64,000 nt of DNA from the NCBI RefSeq assembly GCF_024298765.1, contig NZ_CP101210.1. One strand, written 5' to 3'. The position numbers and the translations under genes were made by a program. Shown here one piece after another: positions 14,936 to 25,004 of the stretch. Numbering within the stretch: the stretch's first letter is position 1; each line of letters begins with the position of its first letter. This stretch comes from Escherichia coli. GTDB lineage: Bacteria; Pseudomonadota; Gammaproteobacteria; Enterobacterales; Enterobacteriaceae. Below the pieces are notes generated by a model. The model was not told the DNA's origin. It did no database searches and was given only the letters and a program-made list of their open reading frames with translations.

Positions 14936-16216
14936 ATGAGTAAGTCTGAAAATCTTTACAGCGCAGCGCGCGAGCTGATCCCTGGCGGTGTGAACTCCCC
15001 TGTTCGCGCCTTTACTGGCGTGGGCGGCACTCCACTGTTTATCGAAAAAGCGGACGGCGCTTATCTGTACGATGTTGATGGCAAAGCCTATATCGATTAT
15101 GTCGGTTCCTGGGGGCCGATGGTGCTGGGCCATAACCATCCGGCGATCCGCAATGCCGTGATTGAAGCCGCCGAGCGTGGTTTAAGCTTTGGTGCACCAA
15201 CCGAAATGGAAGTGAAAATGGCGCAACTGGTGACCGAACTGGTCCCGACCATGGATATGGTGCGCATGGTGAACTCCGGCACTGAAGCGACGATGAGCGC
15301 CATCCGCCTGGCCCGTGGTTTTACCGGTCGCGACAAAATTATTAAATTTGAAGGTTGTTACCACGGTCACGCTGACTGCCTGCTGGTGAAAGCCGGTTCT
15401 GGCGCACTCACGTTAGGCCAGCCAAATTCGCCGGGCGTTCCGGCAGATTTCGCCAAACATACCTTAACCTGTACTTATAACGATCTGGCCTCTGTACGCG
15501 TCGCGTTTGAGCAATACCCGCAAGAGATTGCCTGTATTATCGTCGAGCCGGTGGCAGGCAATATGAACTGCGTTCCACCGCTGCCAGAGTTCCTGCCAGG
15601 TCTGCGCGCGCTGTGCGACGAATTTGGCGCGTTGCTGATCATCGATGAAGTGATGACCGGTTTCCGCGTAGCGCTAGCTGGCGCACAGGATTATTACGGT
15701 GTGGAACCGGATCTCACCTGCCTCGGCAAAATCATCGGCGGTGGAATGCCGGTAGGCGCATTCGGTGGTCGTCGTGATGTAATGGATGCGCTGGCCCCGA
15801 CCGGTCCGGTCTATCAGGCGGGTACGCTTTCCGGTAACCCGATTGCGATGGCTGCTGGTTTCGCCTGTCTGAATGAAGTCGCACAGCCGGGCGTTCACGA
15901 GACGCTGGATGAGCTGACAACACGTCTGGCAGAAGGTCTGCGGGAAGCGGCAGAAGAAGCCGGAATTCCGCTGGTGGTAAACCACGTTGGCGGCATGTTC
16001 GGTATTTTCTTTACCGACGCCGAGTCCGTGACGTGCTATCAGGATGTGATGGCCTGTGACGTGGAACGTTTTAAGCGTTTCTTCCATATGATGCTGGACG
16101 AAGGTGTTTATCTGGCACCGTCAGCGTTTGAAGCGGGCTTTATGTCTGTGGCGCACAGCATGGAAGATATCAATAACACCATCGATGCTGCACGTCGGGT
16201 GTTTGCGAAGTTGTGA
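14936..16216 (+). CDS. hemL: Glutamate-1-semialdehyde 2,1-aminomutase
   Basis: 426-aa [29 protein letters not shown]...; class-III aminotransferase. Confidence 0.96.
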   Translation: MSKSENLYSAARELIPGGVNSPVRAFTGVGGTPLFIEKADGAYLYDVDGKAYIDYVGSWGPMVLGHNHPAIRNAVIEAAERGLSFGAPTEMEVKMAQLVTELVPTMDMVRMVNSGTEATMSAIRLARGFTGRDKIIKFEGCYHGHADCLLVKAGSGALTLGQPNSPGVPADFAKHTLTCTYNDLASVRVAFEQYPQEIACIIVEPVAGNMNCVPPLPEFLPGLRALCDEFGALLIIDEVMTGFRVALAGAQDYYGVEPDLTCLGKIIGGGMPVGAFGGRRDVMDALAPTGPVYQAGTLSGNPIAMAAGFACLNEVAQPGVHETLDELTTRLAEGLREAAEEAGIPLVVNHVGGMFGIFFTDAESVTCYQDVMACDVERFKRFFHMMLDEGVYLAPSAFEAGFMSVAHSMEDINNTIDAARRVFAKL

Positions 16217-16221
16217 TGATT

Positions 16222-16250
16222 TTGCCTCGCCCACCGGGCGAGGCATTCTA
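16222..16250. terminator. Bidirectional terminator between hemL and fhuB
   Basis: Dyad gcctcgccc-acc-gggcgaggc directly after the hemL stop and before the convergent fhuB stop. Confidence 0.6.
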
Positions 16251-18233
16251 TTAACGGCTCTGCTTTCTCAACAAATAGATAAAATATGGCGCGCCGATAA
16301 AGGTTGACAGCAGCCCCGCCGGGATCTGGAATGGAAACAATACCATCCGCCCACACCAGTCAGCGAACACCAGCAGTAAACCACCCACCAGCGCCGAAAT
16401 TACGATGTGTGGCATCGTCCGTCGAAAACCCATCATCCGCGCAATATGCGGTGCCATTAAACCAACAAAACTCAACGGTCCAATAGTCATCGTCGCGGTC
16501 GCCGTCAGGCAAGCCGCTAATAGCAGCAGCGCAATTCGCGTCGGCGTCAGCGCCATTCCCACGGCTCGTGCGGTATCACCTCCCAGCGGTAAAATGGTCA
16601 GCCAGCGGCGGCACAGCGGGGTAATCGCCAGCAAAATTACCATCACAATTCCCGTGCGCCAGACCTGCGCATCGGTCGCGTTGTAGGTCGAACCGGAAAT
16701 CCAGGTCAGAACTTGCGCCATTCGCGGGTCACCACTTGCCTGCAACATCATCAAAAGCATGGTGAACGCGGTACTTAACGCCATCCCCGCCAGTAACATG
16801 CGGTGTGGAGAAAATCCACCGCGTCCGGCGGCGATCATAATGATCAACAGCGTCACCGCCGCCCCGAGACTACCCGCGGGTAACAGCCAGCCAAAGGCAT
16901 TACCCGGCACCAGAAACAGCATTAACACCACGCCAAACGCCGCGCCGGAGCTAATCCCCAGCACTTCCGGGCTTGCCATCGGGTTGCCGGTCAGTCGCTG
17001 AATAATACAGCCCGCCACCGCCAGCATGACGCCCGCAAACAGCGCCGCCATAATTCGCGGCCAGCGCCAGGGCATCAAATCCTCGAGCAACGCCCCGCTA
17101 GCCCACGTCCAGCCGTGCGCATCACGACCAAACGACAGCGCTACCACCACAGCCATCAACAGCAGCACGCCGCCCGCGAGGGCAAACGCCAGCACATGTT
17201 GGCGTTCAGCCGCGACACGATCGTTGACCTTCATATCCGGCGCGCTAATGCTGCGTAAACGCGGCAGCAGCCACAGTAGCAGCGGCGCACCGATCAACGC
17301 AGTGACCGAACCGGTGGAAACTTCCATCCACACGCGAGTCAGCCAGAGGATGATTTGATCAGAAAGCCACAGAATTAACGCACCAATCAGCGACGCCAGC
17401 ATTAACCGTGGCAGCAGACGCCGCGCCCCCAGCATTTTTGCCAGCAGCGGCGCGAACAACCCGATAAAGCCGATAATCCCCACTGCATTCACCAGCAGCG
17501 CACTGATGACTATCGCCAGCGACAGCGCCGCCAGACGCGCCAGCGACAAGGCCAGACCGAGATTGCGCGCCACGCCATCATCAAGCCCCATCAGGGTTAA
17601 CGGGCGAAGTAGCAATAACGTCAGCATCACGCCGCCCAGCAGCTGCGGCCATAAACGCTCAACGCCGCCCCAGTCGGTTTGCGTCAGCGTTCCGGTGCTC
17701 CACAGGAACATGCTTTGCAACTGGTCATGATGGAAGATAACCAGTAACTGATTGATTGCCCCACAATAAAGGCTCACTACCAGCCCCGCGAGGATCAGCG
17801 TTACCGGCGAAAGCCGTTTCCCCCACGCGACGCCAAAGACAATTAAGCCAACAACGCAAGCCCCTGCCAGCGCAGCAAACTGGCTCGCCATAGCACCTGG
17901 GATCGCCCAGAGCGTGGTGACGGTAATCCCCAGTTGCGCGCCTGTTGCAACACCCAACGTCGTCGGTTCCGCCAGCGGGTTACGCAGCACTTGCTGAAAC
18001 AGCACGCCCACCAGCCCCAGGCCCGCGCCTACCAGTAGAGAAATCGCCAGACGCGGCAACAAGCTGTAGTGAAAAATCATCTGCTCGATGACGTCAATAT
18101 CCGGCGACCAGGCGGCCTGCGCCCACTGGCTACGCGGCAGCGCCTGCGAGAAGTTCATCCAGGTCAGTGCCGTAGCGACAATCACTAACAGCGCCAGCAA
18201 TAACGCAGGAAAAAGCGCAATTCGTTTACTCAC
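16251..18233 (-). CDS. fhuB: Ferric hydroxamate ABC transporter permease
   Basis: 660-aa duplicated FecCD-type permease; GTG start; GTGA overlap with the fhuD stop. Confidence 0.94.
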   Translation of the reverse strand: MSKRIALFPALLLALLVIVATALTWMNFSQALPRSQWAQAAWSPDIDVIEQMIFHYSLLPRLAISLLVGAGLGLVGVLFQQVLRNPLAEPTTLGVATGAQLGITVTTLWAIPGAMASQFAALAGACVVGLIVFGVAWGKRLSPVTLILAGLVVSLYCGAINQLLVIFHHDQLQSMFLWSTGTLTQTDWGGVERLWPQLLGGVMLTLLLLRPLTLMGLDDGVARNLGLALSLARLAALSLAIVISALLVNAVGIIGFIGLFAPLLAKMLGARRLLPRLMLASLIGALILWLSDQIILWLTRVWMEVSTGSVTALIGAPLLLWLLPRLRSISAPDMKVNDRVAAERQHVLAFALAGGVLLLMAVVVALSFGRDAHGWTWASGALLEDLMPWRWPRIMAALFAGVMLAVAGCIIQRLTGNPMASPEVLGISSGAAFGVVLMLFLVPGNAFGWLLPAGSLGAAVTLLIIMIAAGRGGFSPHRMLLAGMALSTAFTMLLMMLQASGDPRMAQVLTWISGSTYNATDAQVWRTGIVMVILLAITPLCRRWLTILPLGGDTARAVGMALTPTRIALLLLAACLTATATMTIGPLSFVGLMAPHIARMMGFRRTMPHIVISALVGGLLLVFADWCGRMVLFPFQIPAGLLSTFIGAPYFIYLLRKQSR

Positions 18234-19120
18234 GCTTTACCTCCGATGGCGTTATCCAGAATACGCACAAAGTGCATTGCAGAAAGCGTCGCACCATAGA
18301 ACCAGACCGCCGGAACGCGCTGAAAGCGTCCGGCGCGGACAAACGGCATGGCCTGCCACAGCGGGGTTGCCATTAGCGCATCCATGTCTTTGCTGTTGTC
18401 GTGATCAAAACAGAGCACATCAACGTCTTTATACGCTGCCAGACGATCGATACTGACGGCGGTACTGCCCCAGAAGTTGGTTTCCCCTTGCCAGGCATTT
18501 GGGATGCCGTACTCATCGAGAATTTCCTGGAACAAGCTGTTTGGACCGAAGACCAACATATGGCGCGGATCGATAAGCGTCGTCAGCAATAACGGGCGCG
18601 CACCACGCTTCACAAAGCGGGGTTTCATGCTGCGGATAAAGTCTTCATAGTGCGCTAAATGCGTTTCTGCTGCGCTTTGCAGGTTAAGTAAATCTGCCAT
18701 TTCCGTCAGTGATTTACGCGCCATCGCCAGTGGCTGTTTGCCGTCGCTGAAGTTAAATCCGCGCCCCGGCGCAATACGTGCCAGCATTTCTGGTGAAGGG
18801 CCATATCCTGCCGACCAGATCATAAACGACGGTTTCATTTCGGTCAGCAGTTCAAGGTTGGGTTCTGTACGCAAACCAACGTCAATCACTGAGTCCGGCA
18901 ATGGCGGTTCGCTGACCCACAGGCGATAGTTGATGGTGTCCGCCACGCCGTAAGGCACGATGCCGAGCGCCAGCAGTAATTCCACCGGCAACCACTCCAG
19001 CGCCACAATACGATTGGGATCAATAATCGCCGCGTGGGCGGTATTCATCTGCCATAACAACGGAGAAAGCGCCATCGCCGTTAACAGTCGGCGGCGCGAA
19101 ATAAGAGGTAAGCCGCTCAT
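18230..19120 (-). CDS. fhuD: Ferric hydroxamate periplasmic binding protein
   Basis: 296 aa from the ATG at 19120 (MSGLPLISRRRLLTAMALSPLLW, Tat-like signal); ATGA overlap with the fhuC stop. Confidence 0.93.
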   Translation of the reverse strand: MSGLPLISRRRLLTAMALSPLLWQMNTAHAAIIDPNRIVALEWLPVELLLALGIVPYGVADTINYRLWVSEPPLPDSVIDVGLRTEPNLELLTEMKPSFMIWSAGYGPSPEMLARIAPGRGFNFSDGKQPLAMARKSLTEMADLLNLQSAAETHLAHYEDFIRSMKPRFVKRGARPLLLTTLIDPRHMLVFGPNSLFQEILDEYGIPNAWQGETNFWGSTAVSIDRLAAYKDVDVLCFDHDNSKDMDALMATPLWQAMPFVRAGRFQRVPAVWFYGATLSAMHFVRILDNAIGGKA

Positions 19121-19917
19121 CAATAAACAAAACTCACAGGTGCAGCACCCGCCGGATGCGGCAGAATACCCATCGGGATGCCATAAATCATTTCGAGGGT
19201 TTCGCCGCGCATAATTTCCGCAGGCGTTCCCTGAGCAATCATTTCACCACCGCGCAGGGCGACCAGATAATCACAGTAGCGCGCAGCCATATTAATATCG
19301 TGCAGCACGGCAATGACCGTCAGACCACGTTCCTGACTTAAACGATGCACCAGCGCCAGCACATCAACCTGGTGGGCGATATCCAGCGCCGAGGTCGGTT
19401 CGTCGAGCAACAGACAACGGCTATCCTGCGCCACCAGCATAGCGATCCACGCCCGCTGACGTTCGCCGCCAGAGAGACTATCGACCAGCCGATGCGCCAG
19501 CGGTTTTAAGCCAACCAGCGAAATCGCCTCTTCGACCTTTTCGCGATCTGCCGCACCAAAGCGCCCCAGTGCGCCATGCCACGGGTAACGACCAATCGCC
19601 ACCAGTTCACGCACGGTCATCCCTTCTGCCGGAGGAAGCTGCTGCGGCAAATAAGCCACTTTGCGGGCGAACGCTTTGCTGCTCCAGCTTTCCAGCGGCT
19701 GGGCATCAAGAAGAATTTCGCCTTCCGACGGTGGCTGATGACGGCCAAGCATTTTGAGCAGAGTGGATTTACCAGAACCGTTGTGACCAATCAAACCAGT
19801 CACTTTCCCGGCAGGAAAGGTTAACGACAGCGGATGCAAAAGCGTGCGCCCTGGCACACGAAAGGAGATATTACGCAGTGCAAAAGTGGTATCGGAATGA
19901 TTCGTGTATTCCTGCAT
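19120..19917 (-). CDS. fhuC: Ferric hydroxamate ABC transporter ATP-binding protein
   Basis: The ATG at 19917 gives 265 aa beginning MQEYTNHSDTTFALRNISF, with Walker A GHNGSGKST and the LSGGERQR signature. The track ORF is extended. Confidence 0.93.
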   Translation of the reverse strand: MQEYTNHSDTTFALRNISFRVPGRTLLHPLSLTFPAGKVTGLIGHNGSGKSTLLKMLGRHQPPSEGEILLDAQPLESWSSKAFARKVAYLPQQLPPAEGMTVRELVAIGRYPWHGALGRFGAADREKVEEAISLVGLKPLAHRLVDSLSGGERQRAWIAMLVAQDSRCLLLDEPTSALDIAHQVDVLALVHRLSQERGLTVIAVLHDINMAARYCDYLVALRGGEMIAQGTPAEIMRGETLEMIYGIPMGILPHPAGAAPVSFVY

Positions 19918-19967
19918 AACAGCCAACTTGTGAAGCGGGCACGGAAATCCGTGCCCCAAAGAAAAAA

Positions 19968-22157
19968 TTAGAAACGGAAGGTTGCGGTTGCAACGACCTG
20001 ACGTTCTGCGCCCCAGAAGCAGCCATAGGTCTGGAAGCAACTGGCAACATACTCACGATCGAGCAAATTGTTGACGTTCACAGCAAGGCTGGATCCCGCC
20101 ATACCAAAGCGTGCCAGATCATATTTTACAACAGCATCCATTACAGCTGCGCTACCCACTTTAAAAGTGTTCGCCGGATCACCATAGCTGGAACCAATAA
20201 AACGACCACCTGTTCCCAATGTTAAACCAGAAAGCGGCCCTTCATTGAAGGTATAATCCCCCCAGAGAGATGCCATATGCTCCGGTACTTGTTCTGGAGT
20301 TTTACCTTTGAGATTGGTGTCTTTGGTGTATTCCGCATCTGTGTAGGTATAAGAAGCCGTCAAGTTAATATTGGCATTTAACGCCGCTTTTGCTTCAAGT
20401 TCCACACCACGAGCGCGAATCTCACCTGCTGGGACTTGCGCTAACGGGTTTGTTGGGTCTGCTGTCAGGTTATTTGTTTTCGTCAATTGATAGACTGCGC
20501 CCGTAACAACGACCGGCATATCATTCGGAACATATTTTACGCCAGCTTCATACTGTTCACCTTTCGATGGCTTATAGGAAACGCGCGGGTTGCTCCACAG
20601 ATCGAAAGCACTCGGTTCAAAGGACTGGCTATAACTAAAGTAAGGTGAAATACCATTATCGAATAAGTAGTTTACACCACCGCGCCAGGTGAACTGATGA
20701 TCATTACGCTCAATATAACCTTCAGTCGGCGTATAAGAGTTTTCACGAACAGTGGTCGCTTGCTTAGACCAATCGTAGCGTCCCCCCAGAGTGAATACCC
20801 ATTTATTCCATTCCGCCTGATCCTGAACATAAATACCTGTTTGTTTGCTTTCATTCATTTGGTATGGCTCTGCGTTACCAAATGCAAAGTATTCAGGATG
20901 ATATTTGTTATAAAGATCGATGGATGGTGCAGATCCAAAGCTGGCATTGATATCATTGCGCATACGCATGAAGTCTACCCCTGTCAGCAAAGTATGCTCG
21001 ACTTCACCTGTAGCAAATTTACTTTCAAGTTGGGTATCAACGCTAAAGTTTTGCAGACGCTCATTATCCACCACTGTCCCGCGGTTTAGGGTATGACCAT
21101 CGCTGGCAATCCCTGTGCCATAAACACTTTTCTGTGAGGTTTTCATTTCACTGAAACGCAGATTCTGACGCACGGTGAAGGTGTCATTAAAACCATGTTC
21201 AAAACTATATCCCACCATTTTCTGGTTACGGGAGTATGTATTATTCGATGCACCTTCATTGAAGTCAGTCGGTAGACGCTTACCATTAGGCAATGGCTCA
21301 ACGGTCCCCTCTTTCGGCAACCAACCGTAATAACCCGTTTCTGGTTCGTTCTGAAAATAGGACAGGAAAGTAAAATTGGTTTTGTCGTCTGGACGCCATG
21401 AGAATGATGGAGCAATGGTATAACGCTGAGATTCAGAGTTTTTCTGCTGTTCGTTTGTTGAGCGTGCGAGGCCAGTCAAACGGTAGGAGAACTCACCGTT
21501 ATCATCCAGCGCATCACTGAAATCGAATCCGGTCTGAAACAGATTATCCGTCCCCATTTTAAACTGAATTTCTTTCAGGGGTTCAGTTGTCGGACGCTTA
21601 CTCACCATAGAAATAATCCCACCAGGATTACTTTTCCCATAGAGAACAGACGTCGGCCCGCGCATCAGTTCAACCCTCTCGAGCATGTAAGGATCAATCA
21701 CAGCATCGTTATAAAAGTTGCCCTGAAGTTTTAGTCCATCAAGGTAGTTATTTTGATTCAGACCAACAGATGAGAAACCACGAATGATAACAAAATCATA
21801 TGTATTAGAAGCACCACGACTGCTAACCGTAACGCCAGGTGTATAACCTAATGCTTCTTTTACAGACTGAAATTGATGCATCTGTATCTCTTCATTTGTC
21901 ACAACCGAAATAGACTGCGGCGTTTTTTCAATTGGTGTATCCGTTTTAGTCGCAGTAGCAGAGTGCTTCGCCGCAATAGTTGCAGCAGGCCCCCATGCGC
22001 TTTCTTGCGGCGCAGGTGCAGCGGTAACGGTGATAGTGTCTTCTTTCGGTTCAACCGCTGCCTGTGCATAAACAGACATGCCGCTAACCGCTGTGGCTAC
22101 TACAACTGCGATTTTACGCAGTGAGTGTTTTGGCTGAGCAGTTTTGGAACGCGCCAT
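19968..22157 (-). CDS. fhuA: TonB-dependent ferrichrome outer-membrane receptor (divergent allele)
   Basis: 729-aa ORF. The signal peptide and N-terminus (MARSKTAQPKHSLRKIAVVVATAVSGMSVYAQAAVEPKEDTITVTAAPAPQESAWGPAATIAA) and the C-terminal TonB-box-receptor end (GAERQVVATATFRF) match FhuA. Central loop segments differ from the K-12 sequence as I recall it. Confidence 0.9.
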   Translation of the reverse strand: MARSKTAQPKHSLRKIAVVVATAVSGMSVYAQAAVEPKEDTITVTAAPAPQESAWGPAATIAAKHSATATKTDTPIEKTPQSISVVTNEEIQMHQFQSVKEALGYTPGVTVSSRGASNTYDFVIIRGFSSVGLNQNNYLDGLKLQGNFYNDAVIDPYMLERVELMRGPTSVLYGKSNPGGIISMVSKRPTTEPLKEIQFKMGTDNLFQTGFDFSDALDDNGEFSYRLTGLARSTNEQQKNSESQRYTIAPSFSWRPDDKTNFTFLSYFQNEPETGYYGWLPKEGTVEPLPNGKRLPTDFNEGASNNTYSRNQKMVGYSFEHGFNDTFTVRQNLRFSEMKTSQKSVYGTGIASDGHTLNRGTVVDNERLQNFSVDTQLESKFATGEVEHTLLTGVDFMRMRNDINASFGSAPSIDLYNKYHPEYFAFGNAEPYQMNESKQTGIYVQDQAEWNKWVFTLGGRYDWSKQATTVRENSYTPTEGYIERNDHQFTWRGGVNYLFDNGISPYFSYSQSFEPSAFDLWSNPRVSYKPSKGEQYEAGVKYVPNDMPVVVTGAVYQLTKTNNLTADPTNPLAQVPAGEIRARGVELEAKAALNANINLTASYTYTDAEYTKDTNLKGKTPEQVPEHMASLWGDYTFNEGPLSGLTLGTGGRFIGSSYGDPANTFKVGSAAVMDAVVKYDLARFGMAGSSLAVNVNNLLDREYVASCFQTYGCFWGAERQVVATATFRF

Positions 22158-22178
22158 TGGTATATCTCTGATGTAAAG

Positions 22179-22214
22179 TGAATGATAACGTAAACGAGAA
22201 TGATTATTATAAAG
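22179..22214 (-). promoter_or_regulatory. Fur box / fhuA promoter region
   Basis: Minus-strand sequence tataataatcattctcgtttacgttatcattca resembles the GATAATGATAATCATTATC Fur consensus, immediately upstream of fhuA. Confidence 0.5.
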
Positions 22215-22336
22215 ATGAGATAATATTCGAAACGCTGGCGGGTTCGCAAGCAGTACGCAATATGCGCATTCCTGAAGGGTTAATAAACAACCAGATGAAA
22301 AGAAAGGGTTAATACTTTGGGTGGGATGTTATTTTA

Positions 22337-22359
22337 CCGGATGGCTACTCGCCATCCGG
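22337..22359 (-). terminator. Hairpin downstream of mrcB
   Basis: Dyad ccggatggc...gccatccgg just past the mrcB stop. Confidence 0.45.
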
Positions 22360-22376
22360 TATGTCACGCTTAGACG

Positions 22377-24911
22377 TTAATTACTACCAAACATATCCTT
22401 GATCCAACCGGCTACACCGTCGCTGTCTTTCTGCTCTTGCTGAGCAGGTTGCTGTTGCGGCTGTTGCTGCGGCTGAGAAGACTGATCAAACGGATTGCCT
22501 GACGGCTGCTGCTGCATCTCACTCTGCTGGCACAGCGATTGCGGATCGCTGGTCCAGACCGGCAAGACACGCATGCCACCGCTGCAAACAAAGTTGCCGT
22601 CGTAGTCCACGCCCATATCTGCAATATCTTCTGGCGGAACAAGATTCAGCGGTGTTGGCGTCTGGTTAGCCAGATAACGCTGATAAATCGACATTGCCCC
22701 GCTGGCTCCATACAATTTGGTCGGTTGGTTGTTATCACGGCCTACCCAGGTGATGGTCACCGTACTGCCGTCAATGCCCGCAAACCAGGTATCTACGTTA
22801 TTGTTGGTAGTCCCTGTTTTCCCTGCCAGATGCAGGTTCGGGTATTTCGCCCCAAGCTGACGCCCCGTACCACGTTGTACCACCTGCTGCATGGTCCATA
22901 GTGTCAGATACGCCGCCTGCGCCGGAACAGCGCGTTCCGCCTGCGGGAAGCTCTGATACAGCACTTTGCCATCTTCCGCAATTACCGAACGCAGCGCAGA
23001 AAGCGGTGCACGGTTACCGCCGCTGGCGATAGTCTGGAATGCCTGCGCCACTTCGATTGGCGTTAAGTTCAACGCCCCCAGCAGCATCGCCGGAACCGGA
23101 TGCAGCTGATCTTTCGGTACGCCCAGTTTAATCCAGGTCTCCGTAACCGCAGGCAGCCCCAGCGCCATCCCCAGATTCACCGTCGGCACGTTCATCGAAC
23201 GGGTCAACGCATCCACCAGCATCACTCTGCCGCTTTCGCTATAACGACGGTCATCGTTCTGCGGTGACCAGACCTGGCCATTCGGCTGACGTAGCGCGAT
23301 TGGCGCATCCGCAATCCACGTGTTCAGGCGATAGATTTTCGGCTGGCTTAAGGCCGTCAGATAAGTCGCTGGTTTTGCAAGGGAACCAATCGAACGACGC
23401 GCCTGCATCGCACGGTTGTAGCCCGCAAACTGCGGCTCAGAACCACCAACCATCGCACGAACTTCACCACTAAAGCGGTCGACGACCACAATCGCGGTTT
23501 CAAGATCGCTCAGCTTACGCTGTTTCTTCAGTGCCGGAATGCCTTCCACGGCGGCTTTTTCTGCCGCGTCCTGGGCCACCGAGTCAAAGGTAGTGAAGAT
23601 CTTCACGCCGGAGAGATCTTTTACCTTATCGCCCAGTTTTGCCTGCAACTCCTGACGCACCAGTTGCATAAAGGCTGGCTGAGGAGAGATCACCCCACCG
23701 CGCGGCTGAACACCCAGCGGACGTGCACTCAACATGTCATAGAGTTCTTGATCAATAATCTGTTGCTGTTGCAGCAGACGCAGCACCAGATTACGTCGCT
23801 CCAGCGCCAGTTTCGGGTTACGCCACGGGTTGTAGATGGACGCCCCTTTCACCATACCGACTAACAGCGCCTGCTGATCGAGGCTTAGCTCTTCTACCGG
23901 GCGACCAAAGTAATACAAGCTCGCCAGCGGGAAGCCGCGGATTTCGTTATCGCCGCTCTGACCGAGATACACCTCGTTCATATACAGCTCAAGAATACGG
24001 TCTTTGCTGTAACGCGCGTCCATGATCAGCGCCATGTAAGCTTCGTTCGCTTTACGCCAGTAAGAGCGCTCGCTGGAGAGGAACAGGTTTTTCACCAGCT
24101 GTTGCGTCAGCGTACTCGCACCCTGCACCGTGCGTCCGGCGGTCAGGTTTGCCAGCACCGCACGTCCGATGGAGTAGAGACTGATCCCATCATGCTCGTA
24201 AAAATGACGGTCTTCTGTCGCCAGCAAAGTATCCACCAGCAAATCAGGGAAACCACTGCGCGGCACAAACAGACGTTGCTCACCGTTTGGCGAGGAGATC
24301 ATGGTGATCAGGCGCGGATCAAGACGGAAGAAACCAAACTGACGGTTGTTCTCCATATTGACGATCGTCGCCAGATGATCGCCATCAAAGGTCAGACGTG
24401 CACGCACCTGCCCTTCTTTACTGTCCGGGAAATCAAACGGACGGCGGATCATCTCAATGCTGTTGGCCTGCACGGTAAATTCGCCAGGACGGGTCATTTT
24501 CGACACCTGACGATACTGGGTCGCCTCCAGCAGCTTCACCATCTCGTTCTTGCTGATGGTCATGTCTGGCTCAAGGTTGACCATCCGGCCATAAACTGCC
24601 GCGGGCAGTTGCCAGACCTTACCATCAATACGGCTGCGAATTTTTTGATCGAGATAAACGCCGTAAATGGCGATCAGCACGGCAAAAACGATAGCCAGTT
24701 TTAGCAGCAGCCATAGCCAGCCGCGTTTGCCACGAGGCTTACGCCCTTTGCCTTTGCCCTTACCTTTGCGCGGCATCGGTTCTTCATCCTCATAGTCATC
24801 ATAATCGTCGTAATCATCGTCATCTTCGTAACGACGACGGCTTACCTTTTGTTTGACCGGACGCGTCGGTTTCCCTTTGCGTCCAATTGGCTCGCGGTCA
24901 TTCCCGGCCAT
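22377..24911 (-). CDS. mrcB: Penicillin-binding protein 1B (bifunctional glycosyltransferase/transpeptidase)
   Basis: The ATG at 24911 gives 844 aa beginning [45 protein letters not shown]. The track ORF has 5 extra codons. Confidence 0.95.
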   Translation of the reverse strand: MAGNDREPIGRKGKPTRPVKQKVSRRRYEDDDDYDDYDDYEDEEPMPRKGKGKGKGRKPRGKRGWLWLLLKLAIVFAVLIAIYGVYLDQKIRSRIDGKVWQLPAAVYGRMVNLEPDMTISKNEMVKLLEATQYRQVSKMTRPGEFTVQANSIEMIRRPFDFPDSKEGQVRARLTFDGDHLATIVNMENNRQFGFFRLDPRLITMISSPNGEQRLFVPRSGFPDLLVDTLLATEDRHFYEHDGISLYSIGRAVLANLTAGRTVQGASTLTQQLVKNLFLSSERSYWRKANEAYMALIMDARYSKDRILELYMNEVYLGQSGDNEIRGFPLASLYYFGRPVEELSLDQQALLVGMVKGASIYNPWRNPKLALERRNLVLRLLQQQQIIDQELYDMLSARPLGVQPRGGVISPQPAFMQLVRQELQAKLGDKVKDLSGVKIFTTFDSVAQDAAEKAAVEGIPALKKQRKLSDLETAIVVVDRFSGEVRAMVGGSEPQFAGYNRAMQARRSIGSLAKPATYLTALSQPKIYRLNTWIADAPIALRQPNGQVWSPQNDDRRYSESGRVMLVDALTRSMNVPTVNLGMALGLPAVTETWIKLGVPKDQLHPVPAMLLGALNLTPIEVAQAFQTIASGGNRAPLSALRSVIAEDGKVLYQSFPQAERAVPAQAAYLTLWTMQQVVQRGTGRQLGAKYPNLHLAGKTGTTNNNVDTWFAGIDGSTVTITWVGRDNNQPTKLYGASGAMSIYQRYLANQTPTPLNLVPPEDIADMGVDYDGNFVCSGGMRVLPVWTSDPQSLCQQSEMQQQPSGNPFDQSSQPQQQPQQQPAQQEQKDSDGVAGWIKDMFGSN

Positions 24912-25004
24912 GCTTTTTCTCCGCAATATTCAGGCGCAAAAGCCCGATTTTCTGTTCTTCTGTTGCAAGACAGAAGAAGATATCTCTCAAATTTACTTTG
25001 ATCT

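Noticed and set aside
20697-21089. 130-aa plus-strand ORF inside fhuA
   Set aside because: It is antisense to fhuA and arises because the AT-rich central fhuA segment has few stop codons on the opposite strand.
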